Assembly (NCBI GenBank): GCA_030637745.1
Contig: DAOWFX010000127.1
Span: 237-64,236, forward strand
Length of the DNA stretch: 64,000 bases
Origin: Clostridia bacterium
GTDB taxonomy: Bacteria > Bacillota > Clostridia > Christensenellales > UMGS416
Direction of reading: 5' to 3'
The number at the start of each line of letters is the position of its first letter. The first letter of the stretch is position 1. Below are positions 9,937-20,267 of the stretch, piece after piece. Made by a program: the position numbers and the translations under genes. Below the pieces are notes generated by a model. The model saw only the letters and a program-made list of their open reading frames with translations, had not been told where the DNA came from and did no database searches.

Positions 9937-11727
9937 ATGACAAAAAAATCAAACCGTTTTGAAGCCCCAGCACCGAAAATCGGTATACGTCCTACAATTG
10001 ACGGTCGCCTCGGTGGAGTGCGAGAATCTCTTGAAGTGCAGACCATGAACATGGCAAAAGCAGCTGCGGACTTACTTGTTAGTAATCTGCGTCATCCCGA
10101 TGGCAGTGCAGTTGAATGCGTCATCGCAGACACAACAATCGGTGGTGTGAAAGAAGCACAGGCGTGTGCTGAGAAATTTGCACGTGAAGGTGTGGGCGTA
10201 TCGCTTACAGTGACTCCATGTTGGTGCTATGGCTCTGAAACAATGGATATGGACAAATCAACACCCAAAGCTATTTGGGGATTCAATGGAACTGAGCGCC
10301 CAGGCGCTGTATATTTGGCAGCTGTATTGGCTGCGCATAATCAAAAGGGCATTCCTGCATTTTCAATCTATGGACAAGACGTACAAGATGCAGAGGATAC
10401 GACAGTACCTGAAGATGTGAAGCAAAAGCTTTTGAATTTTACGAAATCCGGGCTTGCAGTAGCATGGATGAAAAATAAAAGCTATCTCTCCATGGGTGGT
10501 ACATCCATGGGCATCGCAGGATCCATCGTCAGTCCTGATTTCCTTGAAAAGTACTTGGGAATGCGTGTTGAAAGCGTTGACATGAGTGAATTTATCAGAA
10601 GGCTCAATTTGGATATCTATGATAAGCAAGAATACGAAAAGGCATATAAATGGGTAAAGGAAAATGGCAAAATAGGTCTTGACCCGAATGCAGAGGATGT
10701 GCAACACACAAAAGAGCACAAGGAAGAAACACTCCAAACATCCATCAAAATGACATTGATTGCAAGGGACTTGATGGTAGGTAACCAAAAGCTTGCAGAC
10801 ATGGGCTATGCAGAAGAAGCACAGGGTCATGGTGCAATTGCTGCTGGATTCCAAGGACAGCGCCACTGGACAGACTTCATGCCTAACGGAGACTTCATGG
10901 AAGGCATGCTCAACACTTCATTTGACTGGAATGGAACACGTCAACCCTACATCATGGCAACAGAAAATGATTACCTCAATGCTGTAGTGATGCTGTTTTC
11001 ACATCTACTCACAGGAAGTGCACAAGTATTTGCAGATGTACGTACCTATTGGAGCCCAGATGCTGTTAAAAGAGTCACGGGACATACACTCACAGGTAAT
11101 GGTGCAAATGGATTGATTCACTTGATAAACTCAGGATCTGCAGCACTTGATGGTAGCGGAAAACAGAAAATCGATGGAAAGCCTGCTATCAAATCTTGGT
11201 GGGACGTCACAGATGAAGATGTTAAAAATACAATGGATGTAACATCATTTTGCTATGGTGACCTTGGATACTTCCGAGGTGGCGGATACTCCACACTCTT
11301 TAAGACAGAAGGGGGTATGCCTGTTACCATGTCGCGCATTAACTTGATTGATGGCTTAGGCCCTGTGCTGCAGATTGCAGAAGGATATACTGTATCACTT
11401 CCTGATGATGTGCACGATGTGTTGGATAAACGTACCAATGAAACATGGCCAACGACATGGTTTGCACCCATTGTATCAGGAGATGGTGCATTCAAAGATG
11501 TATATTCAGTCATGGCCAATTGGGGCGCGAACCATGGTGCGTTCTCATATGGACATATCGGCGATCAACTCATCACCTTAGCTTCCATGCTACGCATCCC
11601 TGTGAATATGCACAATGTATCTGATGATCGTATATTTAGACCTACTACATGGGCAGCATTTGGAACCAAAGACCTTGAAGGTGCAGACTATCGATGCTGT
11701 GACAATTTTGGTCCATTATATAAATAG
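9937..11727 (+). CDS. fucI: L-fucose isomerase
   Basis: About 596 aa. The N-terminus [21 protein letters not shown] is characteristic of FucI. AAGGAG lies 7 nt upstream of ATG 9937. Confidence 0.9.
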   Translation: MTKKSNRFEAPAPKIGIRPTIDGRLGGVRESLEVQTMNMAKAAADLLVSNLRHPDGSAVECVIADTTIGGVKEAQACAEKFAREGVGVSLTVTPCWCYGSETMDMDKSTPKAIWGFNGTERPGAVYLAAVLAAHNQKGIPAFSIYGQDVQDAEDTTVPEDVKQKLLNFTKSGLAVAWMKNKSYLSMGGTSMGIAGSIVSPDFLEKYLGMRVESVDMSEFIRRLNLDIYDKQEYEKAYKWVKENGKIGLDPNAEDVQHTKEHKEETLQTSIKMTLIARDLMVGNQKLADMGYAEEAQGHGAIAAGFQGQRHWTDFMPNGDFMEGMLNTSFDWNGTRQPYIMATENDYLNAVVMLFSHLLTGSAQVFADVRTYWSPDAVKRVTGHTLTGNGANGLIHLINSGSAALDGSGKQKIDGKPAIKSWWDVTDEDVKNTMDVTSFCYGDLGYFRGGGYSTLFKTEGGMPVTMSRINLIDGLGPVLQIAEGYTVSLPDDVHDVLDKRTNETWPTTWFAPIVSGDGAFKDVYSVMANWGANHGAFSYGHIGDQLITLASMLRIPVNMHNVSDDRIFRPTTWAAFGTKDLEGADYRCCDNFGPLYK

Positions 11728-11828
11728 AAATTAGCATAAAAAAGGACTATGATTTATTGAATTGTAGTCTTTTTTTATTTGGGTTGAAATTGATGTATAT
11801 GAAACACAGTGCAACGAAGCATATAGTA

Positions 11829-12707
11829 TTACTTTTTGATAAAAGCAATCATTTCATTAATGGCGGTTTCTGCTTGCATTACCGGTAGAAGCGCAAAGTC
11901 ATGTTGCATTTCTTCATATTCATAATAGGATAAATCATATCCATCAATTTCTGCTTTGCTTTTAAAATTGAGTGCATCGACATGCAATATATCTTTTGTA
12001 CCAATAAACAGCGCAATAGGTCCTACATCCTTTGAGTCACCATATAATGGTGAGCATAAAGGATCTTTGGTATCTAACTTGCCTGCATAGGCAATACCAC
12101 TTGCGTGTAAATGTTCAATATTAAGAATTAAATCGTTTTTATCCAGTTGCTTAGATATGGGTGCTGTCATGGATACATTCAGCCATGGTGAGAGTAGTAC
12201 GATTTTATCGGGTTGCTTACTTGCTTTATCTTTTGCTAGTTGCTGCGCAATGACCAATGCAAGACCTGCACCTGCGGAGTCTCCTAGGAGTACAATCTTT
12301 TTGTCAGGATTGTTGCTTTGGATATGCTTGGTTGCCTGTAGTGCCATATTAACAGTATCAGTGCACTGATATTCGGGTGCTAGAGGGTAGTCCACACATG
12401 TTACCATGCACGGATATTGCTTCAAGAATTTCTCTGCAAACCGCCAGGTTACTGTTGATGCTTGCTTTTTGTATCCACCACCATGAAAATAAATGATATG
12501 GGTTGAAACATCGGGTTTATTAATCAGCTCAAAGCAATTGTGCTTCAATACCGTATATTCTCTAACCTGATACTTTCTATAGAAGTGTTTGGGTGGCCTT
12601 GCGTGGGCTTCATCACGTGCAGAAGGCCGTCTCTCGTTGAGGCCATTGCTTTTTAGATTGATTAACTTGAGTATCTTTTCTGTAGTTTGTGTGCTTAAGT
12701 GTGGCAT
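11829..12707 (-). CDS. Alpha/beta hydrolase, hormone-sensitive-lipase-type esterase
   Basis: HGGG oxyanion motif (IIYFHGGGY) and GDSAG nucleophile elbow (LLGDSAGAGLA). Confidence 0.85.
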   Translation of the reverse strand: MPHLSTQTTEKILKLINLKSNGLNERRPSARDEAHARPPKHFYRKYQVREYTVLKHNCFELINKPDVSTHIIYFHGGGYKKQASTVTWRFAEKFLKQYPCMVTCVDYPLAPEYQCTDTVNMALQATKHIQSNNPDKKIVLLGDSAGAGLALVIAQQLAKDKASKQPDKIVLLSPWLNVSMTAPISKQLDKNDLILNIEHLHASGIAYAGKLDTKDPLCSPLYGDSKDVGPIALFIGTKDILHVDALNFKSKAEIDGYDLSYYEYEEMQHDFALLPVMQAETAINEMIAFIKK

Positions 12708-12717
12708 ATGATATCCT

Positions 12718-13056
12718 TTACATCGTGATTATTTCATATCCTTTGTCTGTGTATGCTGCCATGGGCACATGTCCGTGCATTTCTCCATTGATGGGGATGC
12801 CTACTGATTGATTGTATTCATAGACTCCAAGCTTCACAGAGCATGCCTTGCAAATGCAGTCGATGAGCCCTTTTTCCTTCGCCATTTTGTATAGCGGATT
12901 CTTCGACTCTTCAAACTCCTTAATGAGCGTGACCGCCTCGCCTTCAATGATGATTTTGACATCGTATTCTTTGCTGCTTAAGTCAATTGCGTTGAGTAAG
13001 ACGTGTACAAAACACATCGAATTTCCTTTGAATGCAAATAATGCTATCTTCTTCAT
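12718..13056 (-). CDS. Small DsrE/DsrF-like family protein (tentative)
   Basis: 112 aa. MKKIALFAF..MCFVHVLLNA..CKACS pattern recalled from DsrE-like small proteins of Clostridia. Likely co-transcribed with the esterase. Confidence 0.4.
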   Translation of the reverse strand: MKKIALFAFKGNSMCFVHVLLNAIDLSSKEYDVKIIIEGEAVTLIKEFEESKNPLYKMAKEKGLIDCICKACSVKLGVYEYNQSVGIPINGEMHGHVPMAAYTDKGYEIITM

Positions 13057-13206
13057 AATATGACCTCCTTAACGAATACTTCCTACTACTTACTATATCA
13101 CGATATATGGATTTTGTAATGTAAACTTTCGCAAGGTATGATAGTCGATTTGCCATTAAGATTGTATCGGAATATAATAAAATCATTCTGATTAGCAGGT
13201 GATATG

Positions 13207-14346
13207 ATGAAATATTTATCCATGCTTGTAGCTGTCGTGCTGATATTTTCCGCATGTACTATAAGAGATGCGCAACTTCCTGAAAAGGCGATTGAAAATA
13301 ACATCCAGACCAAGCTTGATGCATTGAGTACTGATGACTTAGATTTATATTTGTCAACCGTCACTAAAGATAATGAATATTACTACAATGAGCAGGGCAG
13401 ATGGTTCAAGGAGATGACCAATGGGAAGATTCAAGACATCCAAATAGAGATTGAGAAAATTCTCATTAAAGATGATACAACCGCTGTTGTGAGCATTATT
13501 CAAAAACATGTTATGGATAAAGTGTATGACTTTAATTATCCATTGTTATTTAAGAAAGAAAATGATCAGTGGGTGGACAGTGGCTATAACTTCAATATCA
13601 TGGACAAAGGTCAATATGTCCTCAAATATATGGACGGTGAAACGCAGGCAGATGAATTTGGTGTGATGATGGATATGGTTTATGAAAACATCAAAACTAT
13701 CTATGAAGAAAGCCCAGATGAGCAGTATGAACTCAAGCTATTTAATGACCAGGAACTACTAAGGCAACGTACCGTTCCCTCAAACGGATGGCTCTTTACC
13801 GGATGGGCAGAGCCTAATGAATCGCTCAAAATATACACAGGACATGAGGGCTATGACGGATATCCGGGGGTGCTTCAGCATGAAATGGCGCATCATATCA
13901 CCATCAACATCTGCAACAATAATCTGCCGGTATGGATGTTTGAAGGCATTGCAATGCATGATGGGAGTGCCTACTACGGAAACAGCAAATCAGGATTACT
14001 TGCAAACATCACTAAAGAGCAGGTACAGCTATCGATTGCATATCTAGAGTCAGTAGATATGAGCACTGCAGAGACAGCAGTTGTGCGTGCCTTCTACAAT
14101 GCATCGTATATGTATATGGTATATATTACAGAAAACTATGGACATGACAAGCTAATGGCGCTCTTTTATGAAGCGGGGAAAAAGCCATTCAACGACTCTG
14201 TGACGAATCCACAATTTGAAATAAACAATATAGAAACTATGAAGGAAGTGCTACAAGATATACTTGGCATTTCAAAAGATACTCTCTCACAAGATTATAT
14301 GGAGTGGCTTGACATAACAGATTTCTTTGAAAAAGACCATGGGTAA
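13207..14346 (+). CDS. Lipoprotein with NTF2-like N-domain and HExxH zinc-metallopeptidase-like C-domain
   Basis: Lipobox LIFSAC after a signal peptide. HEMAHH motif. AGGTG lies 5 nt upstream of ATG 13207. Confidence 0.55.
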   Translation: MKYLSMLVAVVLIFSACTIRDAQLPEKAIENNIQTKLDALSTDDLDLYLSTVTKDNEYYYNEQGRWFKEMTNGKIQDIQIEIEKILIKDDTTAVVSIIQKHVMDKVYDFNYPLLFKKENDQWVDSGYNFNIMDKGQYVLKYMDGETQADEFGVMMDMVYENIKTIYEESPDEQYELKLFNDQELLRQRTVPSNGWLFTGWAEPNESLKIYTGHEGYDGYPGVLQHEMAHHITINICNNNLPVWMFEGIAMHDGSAYYGNSKSGLLANITKEQVQLSIAYLESVDMSTAETAVVRAFYNASYMYMVYITENYGHDKLMALFYEAGKKPFNDSVTNPQFEINNIETMKEVLQDILGISKDTLSQDYMEWLDITDFFEKDHG

Positions 14347-14363
14347 GTATATAAACTTATTAT

Positions 14364-17258
14364 TTATCCTAAGAAGTCTTGTTGAATCATGTTTTGGAAG
14401 TCATCGATTTCTTTGAAACACTCTCTTAGTACAACTTCTTCAAGCTCGCTCAATTGATCGGGGTCTATCCAGTTGTCTATCTGTTGGTTTTTCTTAATAG
14501 CAAGCGCTTGGTTCCATAACCTAAGTCGCATCAGTGTTTCATAGGCTAAAACAATATCGCGGTGCTTGGAGTCTAAGATGATTCCTAAGCCTTTGATCGC
14601 ATCAAGTTGCAGAAGTGTGTTTGATTCTTGAATGGTATTTTTCAATGCATAAAGCCTTGCAAATGTGACAATCGCCATAGCAGGAGTTTTCACATCTATC
14701 CTTCCAGGATGATCTTTTCCTCCAGAGGTCATGATGTTTCCAAATAACCTAAAAGGCGTCTTGAAAATCAATGCATTTTGAGCGATTTGTGTTAAGAAAA
14801 AAGGTGTTTCATTGATTTCTGAATAGATAAATTCACGTAACTCTGATGCTATTTCTGCATCCCCTGATACTGTACGAAAATCGAACAGAATGCTAAACTC
14901 TATAACCTGCTGTGGTTCGGAATTACGTATCCACTCTGTAAAGTATGATTTCCAGATAGATAAGGGTTTACACCACTCGGGGTTACTTGCAATCTTCTTG
15001 CCTGTGCACTTTTCAAACCCTGCAAGCTCCAATGCATCACACACAATGGTTGCAAGCCTTAAAAAATATGCTTGAACAACTTCTTTGTCCTCGTCTCCTG
15101 TAAGCGTATATACGATTGCATTGTCTTGGTCGCTAAATAATGTTTGCGATTGCCTTCCATGACTTCCAAGTGCCATGAAAGCAAAGGGTGCGGGTGGTTT
15201 CCCGATTTCATCGATACTGAGCTTAATAATTTTCTGTGTTGTTAAATCAGATATTACTGATATCATGTATGCAATTGCGATAGAAGACGTACCGTTTTCA
15301 AGTAAAGATACTACAAGGTCCGACTTCTTGTTGCTCAATGTTACGACTTCATCTACATTGTATGCGTTCTTGATAGAATCAGCGAGGTCGGTAGCTAGGC
15401 TATTGGGTATGTGTAAAAGACGATTTAGGGCAACATGCGCACCGGTGTGTTCTGTTAGATCAACTGAGCGCCGAACTAATATCATGAATCCAGACTGAGC
15501 ATTGTTGAGCCCACTTTTTACTGAAAGATGGCAGCTAAGTAGTGTGCCATCGCATCGTCTGATGACACCGTTTATACCACCTGAAGAATCATTTTCATTG
15601 CTTGCAGCCAGTGACTTTAGCCATTGTTTGTTGGCTTTTAGTTGCGGAAAAATATCCTGAAGATTCAATAGTTCAATCTTATCCGGTGTGCATCCAAGAA
15701 GCTCATACATCACGGTATTTGCATATCGACATCGTCCATCAAAAATGAATAAAGCACCCTCTGTTGCAGCTTCGCTTAATGCTTGATAACGATCTACCGA
15801 CTCTAGTAGTAACTTTTCTGCTTCCTCACGAGACTGCTCGAGCAACATGCCTTGTCTTATAAGGTAGATCAAAAGAAGAAGAACAATTGAAATGACAGCT
15901 AAAGAGATCTTTACAATATAGCTTCTAAGGTTTGCTATCTCTGCTTGTACATCATTGATGTATATACCCGTTCCGATTATCCATTCCCATGGCTCAAATA
16001 GCCGGATGTATGATTCTTTTGGCTCAAGTCTGTCTGTGTCATCTTTCCATTGCCATACATAGCTGAAATATCCTTCACCTTTTTCCAATACAAGATTTGA
16101 AAATTCGACGAATATTTTAGTACCCTGTGCATCTTCAAAATCGGACACATCCTGATTGTTTAAATCTGTTCTATAGGGGTGCATTAATATTCGAGGTGAA
16201 GTATCTTGTATCCAAAAATAGTCCTTATTTTCAGTACCATAGCGCATTGCAGCAATACGATTTTTGGCCATTGTTTGAGCTTGATCCAAGGTGAAGTCGC
16301 CGCTTTTTACTTCCTGTGCAGATTCATTGAGTACACCCCATGCAACTTGCGTCAGCTGACGTATATTTTCACGCTTTCTATCCATTAGAGTGTTTTCAAA
16401 ATAGGGGAGTAAAAAAGCAAATAATGCGATGATGAATAGCGCCAAAGATAAAAAGGCGGGCAAGAAAATATTGAGTATAAAAGAAAACCATTTATTTTTT
16501 GGTTTTTTCAGATATAAATTGGTTTGAAGCGCTGTTTCTTGATCTAGATTTGACGATGTTTTAAGTAATGCATTACGAAAAGAATTCCATTGTTTTGCGG
16601 TAATGGTTGTACCCGGAGTTTCTTTTTGTGCGTGATAATCACTTCCTGCTGTGGCTATTAGCGCATACTTTTCTGCCAGTTGCAACACTTCATTGTTCTC
16701 TTCGGTGGTGTTTCTTTCATAGAGTGCTTCGATTGCATCCAGTTCCAACTTATGCAATTCTTTAATCAATACTTTTAGCTTTCTTCTATCCGGTTCTGTC
16801 TGCAAGGGATGTGCTAATGAGACAATACCGCCTGCATTGTGCACAAGCTCAATGATTTCACCCGCAGTTAAAAAGCTATGTAATGTTGTATAACGCGTAA
16901 CGTCATTATTGTTTTTCTTCTTGGTGAAAAGAGAATTCAGCTCAGGATTGTCGATATCAAATCCATATGCCAATAGATGAATAAAGTGGTTTTTGTGTTC
17001 TGTGGTGATTTCAACACCTGAAACAAAGCCTATTGAGTACTTTGCGAGTGCCAGACGAAAAGATGGCAATCCAGAAAGTGTGTTGTGATCGACAAGTGAT
17101 GCATATTTGATGTCGGCATCGTGCAAGTTTTTTGCAATTTCTTCAGGGGACATGTTGCCATCGCTAAATGTTGAATGGCAGTGCATATCTACATGAATAT
17201 GACTGAAATTTGCCTCATCCCATATTGAATTTAGAGCTTGTTGCTGTTTGTTTGACAT
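14364..17258 (-). CDS. Multidomain membrane sensor: PHP phosphoesterase, TM, single-Cache, TM, PAS, DUF294 putative nucleotidyltransferase plus DUF294_C
   Basis: PHP: HVDMHCHSTFSDG..VDHNT..LAHP..AGSDYH (aa ~20-210). Hydrophobic spans at aa ~257-287 and ~447-467. Cache: DYFWIQD..ILMHPYRTDLNNQDVSDFEDAQG..GEGYFSYVWQW..ESYIRLFEPWEWIIGTGIYINDV. DUF294: ALGSHGRQSQTLFSDQDNAIVY. Confidence 0.75.
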   Translation of the reverse strand: MSNKQQQALNSIWDEANFSHIHVDMHCHSTFSDGNMSPEEIAKNLHDADIKYASLVDHNTLSGLPSFRLALAKYSIGFVSGVEITTEHKNHFIHLLAYGFDIDNPELNSLFTKKKNNNDVTRYTTLHSFLTAGEIIELVHNAGGIVSLAHPLQTEPDRRKLKVLIKELHKLELDAIEALYERNTTEENNEVLQLAEKYALIATAGSDYHAQKETPGTTITAKQWNSFRNALLKTSSNLDQETALQTNLYLKKPKNKWFSFILNIFLPAFLSLALFIIALFAFLLPYFENTLMDRKRENIRQLTQVAWGVLNESAQEVKSGDFTLDQAQTMAKNRIAAMRYGTENKDYFWIQDTSPRILMHPYRTDLNNQDVSDFEDAQGTKIFVEFSNLVLEKGEGYFSYVWQWKDDTDRLEPKESYIRLFEPWEWIIGTGIYINDVQAEIANLRSYIVKISLAVISIVLLLLIYLIRQGMLLEQSREEAEKLLLESVDRYQALSEAATEGALFIFDGRCRYANTVMYELLGCTPDKIELLNLQDIFPQLKANKQWLKSLAASNENDSSGGINGVIRRCDGTLLSCHLSVKSGLNNAQSGFMILVRRSVDLTEHTGAHVALNRLLHIPNSLATDLADSIKNAYNVDEVVTLSNKKSDLVVSLLENGTSSIAIAYMISVISDLTTQKIIKLSIDEIGKPPAPFAFMALGSHGRQSQTLFSDQDNAIVYTLTGDEDKEVVQAYFLRLATIVCDALELAGFEKCTGKKIASNPEWCKPLSIWKSYFTEWIRNSEPQQVIEFSILFDFRTVSGDAEIASELREFIYSEINETPFFLTQIAQNALIFKTPFRLFGNIMTSGGKDHPGRIDVKTPAMAIVTFARLYALKNTIQESNTLLQLDAIKGLGIILDSKHRDIVLAYETLMRLRLWNQALAIKKNQQIDNWIDPDQLSELEEVVLRECFKEIDDFQNMIQQDFLG

Positions 17259-17355
17259 AACTTAATCCTTGATATACGAAATCATTATAAATATCACAAT
17301 CTATTGATGTTCAACAAAATCTTATTTAAACATCCAAACTAAGTATATTATAACA

Positions 17356-17688
17356 TTATTTTTTCATATGAGCATGTCTGCTCAAAATAAATTCAATGAA
17401 AAGCTTTGTCCATAGTGTTGTGCCGACAACTGCTGTCCATATCTCATAGTCGAGTCCAACGATGATTACAAGAAGAATCATTGCTGCAAATATGAGACCT
17501 GCAATGAGATTAATTGCTAAAGAAAAGATGGCATACTTTTTAGGATTTTCGGGAGGGAGTCCTTTTTTGAGTGCGACATAGGAATAGTCTTTCTTGATGC
17601 CGATAAGCCACGCTCTCCTTAACCAGAAAATTGAAAGTGGAAACAATCCCAAGAACATTAACCTAGTTAATACTACATATATATTCAT
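17356..17688 (-). CDS. Hypothetical small membrane protein (about 3 TM)
   Basis: 110-aa hydrophobic ORF lying between the symporter terminator and the sensor gene on the same strand. No family recognised. Confidence 0.45.
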   Translation of the reverse strand: MNIYVVLTRLMFLGLFPLSIFWLRRAWLIGIKKDYSYVALKKGLPPENPKKYAIFSLAINLIAGLIFAAMILLVIIVGLDYEIWTAVVGTTLWTKLFIEFILSRHAHMKK

Positions 17689-17709
17689 ATAACTTTCTTT
17701 CTATAAATA

Positions 17710-17739
17710 ACAGTGCAGATACATAGGTATCTGCACTGT
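17710..17739 (-). terminator. Perfect 13-bp-stem hairpin downstream of the symporter gene
   Basis: ACAGTGCAGATAC-atag-GTATCTGCACTGT, with AT-rich flanks. Confidence 0.7.
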
Positions 17740-17760
17740 CATAATATAACTAATTTTTTA

Positions 17761-19563
17761 TTATTCTGTACCCTTTGCTTTTGCTGTACGAGGAATACGA
17801 ACAGCTTGAACCAACTCCTGCACTTCCAGAGGTGGATCTTTTGTGAATTTGCTGACTACGATTGCAACAATAAAGTTTACAAATGCGCCAACGGCTCCAA
17901 ATGCTTCAGGTGAAATGCCAAAGAAGAAGTTGGGTCCGCCAAAAGCATCTGTATACTGTGTGCCCTGTATGAAGAATATGCCTTTGTGTGCAAACACATA
18001 GAACAATGTTATGAATAGACCTGTAAGCATACCTGAGATAGCCCCATACTTATTCATCTTGATTGAGAAGATACCGAGCATGAGTGCAGGGAATAGTGTC
18101 GATGCTGCTATACCAAAGGCTAGCGCCACCGTCCCCGCTGCAAATCCCGGAGGATTCAACCCCAACCATCCTGCAAATACTACCGAAAGAGCCATGGCGA
18201 TTTTGCCTACCAATAGTTCCTGTTTATCGGTTATTTTTGGAGCAAATATGTTTTTAACAAGGTCATGAGATATAGCAGATGATATCGCCATGAGTAGTCC
18301 ACCTGCTGTTGATAGTGCAGCTGCCAAGCCACCTGCTGCAACCAAAGCGATTATCCAGTTTGGCAACATTGCAATCTCTGGGTTTGCAAGCACAATGATA
18401 TCATTATTAACTGTAAGCTCATTGCCTTCCCAGCCTGCTTCGCTAGCACTTGCAAGTACTGATGCATCTTCTGTTTCATCATTATAATACTGGATTCTTC
18501 CATCATTATTCTTGTCTTCCCACGCCAGTAGTCCTGTATTTTCCCAGCGCTTCATCCAGTCGGGACGTTCATCACCCTTGAGGCTGGATTCTTCTGCAAA
18601 TATGTCAGCACTTTGTTCGATGCCTGAATTGACTGTTGTGTGAAGATTGTATCTTGCCATTGCTGCAACAGCAGGAGCTGTTGTATATAAAAGAGCAATG
18701 AATACCAATGCCCACAGCGCAGATTTACGTGCTGCTGAGACTGTGGAAACTGTGAAGAATCTCATGATAACATGTGGCAGACCTGCGGTTCCTATCATGA
18801 GTGAAAGAGTAAACAATACCATGTTCAGCTTAGACCCCGTACCCGTTGTCGTATATTCATTGAATCCGAGATCGGTTACAATCTGGTTTAGGCGAGCAAG
18901 AAGCTCAGTGCTTGAGCCTACCATTTTTGAACCTAGACCAAGTTGAGGAATGGGATTGCCTGTAAGTTGTAATGAAATAAAGATTGCGGGTATTGTATAT
19001 GCCATGATTAAGACAACATATTGTGCAACTTGAGCGTATGTGATGCCTTTCATGCCACCGAATACAGCATATGCAAATACAACTGCCATTCCGATGAATA
19101 TTCCGTTACTGCTGGACACACCTAAAAAGCGTGAAAAAGCAACACCAACGCCTGTCATCTGACCGACGATATATGTTAGTGATGCAACCAGTAAACAAAT
19201 AACAGCAACTGCTGAAGCTGATTTTGAATAGAATCTGTCTCTTATGAACTGTGGAACTGTGAATTTACCAAATTTCCTTAAGTATGGAGCGAGGAACATT
19301 GCAAGAAGCACGAAGCCACCTGTCCAACCCATTAGAAATACGCTTCCGCCGTAGCCCATGAAGGATATCATTCCTGCCATAGAGATGAAAGATGCTGCAG
19401 ACATCCAGCCTGCTGCTGTAGCCATTCCATTGGTAATCGGGTGTACATTTCCTCCAGCAACGTAAAAGTCGCTTGTTGATTTTGCGCGTGACCATATTGC
19501 AATACCTATATATAATGCAAAAGTTATGCCAACTACTAGATAAATTGTTGTTTGTAGACTCAT
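17761..19563 (-). CDS. Sodium:solute symporter family permease, ActP-like (VC_2705-type large subunit)
   Basis: 600 aa, about 13-14 TM. N-terminus SDFYVAGGNVHPITNGMATAAGWMSAASFISMAG is typical of ActP-like SSS. A large hydrophilic loop sits in the middle. Start overlaps the DUF4212 stop. Confidence 0.88.
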   Translation of the reverse strand: MSLQTTIYLVVGITFALYIGIAIWSRAKSTSDFYVAGGNVHPITNGMATAAGWMSAASFISMAGMISFMGYGGSVFLMGWTGGFVLLAMFLAPYLRKFGKFTVPQFIRDRFYSKSASAVAVICLLVASLTYIVGQMTGVGVAFSRFLGVSSSNGIFIGMAVVFAYAVFGGMKGITYAQVAQYVVLIMAYTIPAIFISLQLTGNPIPQLGLGSKMVGSSTELLARLNQIVTDLGFNEYTTTGTGSKLNMVLFTLSLMIGTAGLPHVIMRFFTVSTVSAARKSALWALVFIALLYTTAPAVAAMARYNLHTTVNSGIEQSADIFAEESSLKGDERPDWMKRWENTGLLAWEDKNNDGRIQYYNDETEDASVLASASEAGWEGNELTVNNDIIVLANPEIAMLPNWIIALVAAGGLAAALSTAGGLLMAISSAISHDLVKNIFAPKITDKQELLVGKIAMALSVVFAGWLGLNPPGFAAGTVALAFGIAASTLFPALMLGIFSIKMNKYGAISGMLTGLFITLFYVFAHKGIFFIQGTQYTDAFGGPNFFFGISPEAFGAVGAFVNFIVAIVVSKFTKDPPLEVQELVQAVRIPRTAKAKGTE

Positions 19564-19844
19564 TTTTCATTACCCCCATCAATATTTTCATGAACGTCAT
19601 ATTTTTTGTCTATTTTGCCCATGAAGAATAGATAGACGAGAATAAGTATTACATAAACATAAATTGAACCCTGCTGTGCAAACCAAAAACCTAAGGGGTA
19701 GCCTCCCAGACTAAATTTGTTGAGAAACTCTACAAATATAATGCTTGCGCCAAATGAAACGGTTATCCATACAACTAGGATAGCGCCCAATAATTTAAGC
19801 GTAGCAAACCAATAGGCTTTGCTTTTTGTTAATTCCTTTGCCAT
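19560..19844 (-). CDS. DUF4212 putative solute:sodium symporter small subunit
   Basis: 94 aa, 2 TM. YW..LKLL..VW..VSF and GYPLGFWFAQQGSIYVYVILILVY match the DUF4212/TIGR03647 pattern. 4-nt overlap with the symporter gene. Confidence 0.8.
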   Translation of the reverse strand: MAKELTKSKAYWFATLKLLGAILVVWITVSFGASIIFVEFLNKFSLGGYPLGFWFAQQGSIYVYVILILVYLFFMGKIDKKYDVHENIDGGNEK

Positions 19845-20267
19845 TCACCTTCACCTTCTTCTATTTATTTATATAAACCCAAAAATTTTTGGAAATTATA
19901 TCAAAGTTATTAACTAGTATATTGAAAACAAATACTTTGGAGCGTTATTGTGTTTTAAGATAAAGGTAACAGCTCGAAATTGTAGTAAAATCATGCTTTA
20001 TCATTTGGGAGTAGACTTCAGTAAAGCAAGTTTCACTATATACATATATATTTTATCAATATTACTTAACATATTAAGTCTTTAGTAAAGCACTGTCAAG
20101 CTTTCCGGTATAAAAAAGTTGTATAAAAAAGCACATATTAATGGATTCTTATATTGTTTGTATTTGCACAATCTAAATCAAGCGATGCTTAATGATTTGT
20201 GATAGTATTAAATTATGAAAAAGAACAATAATCAGCAGAAACAAATATGTACAGATGCGATGATTAA

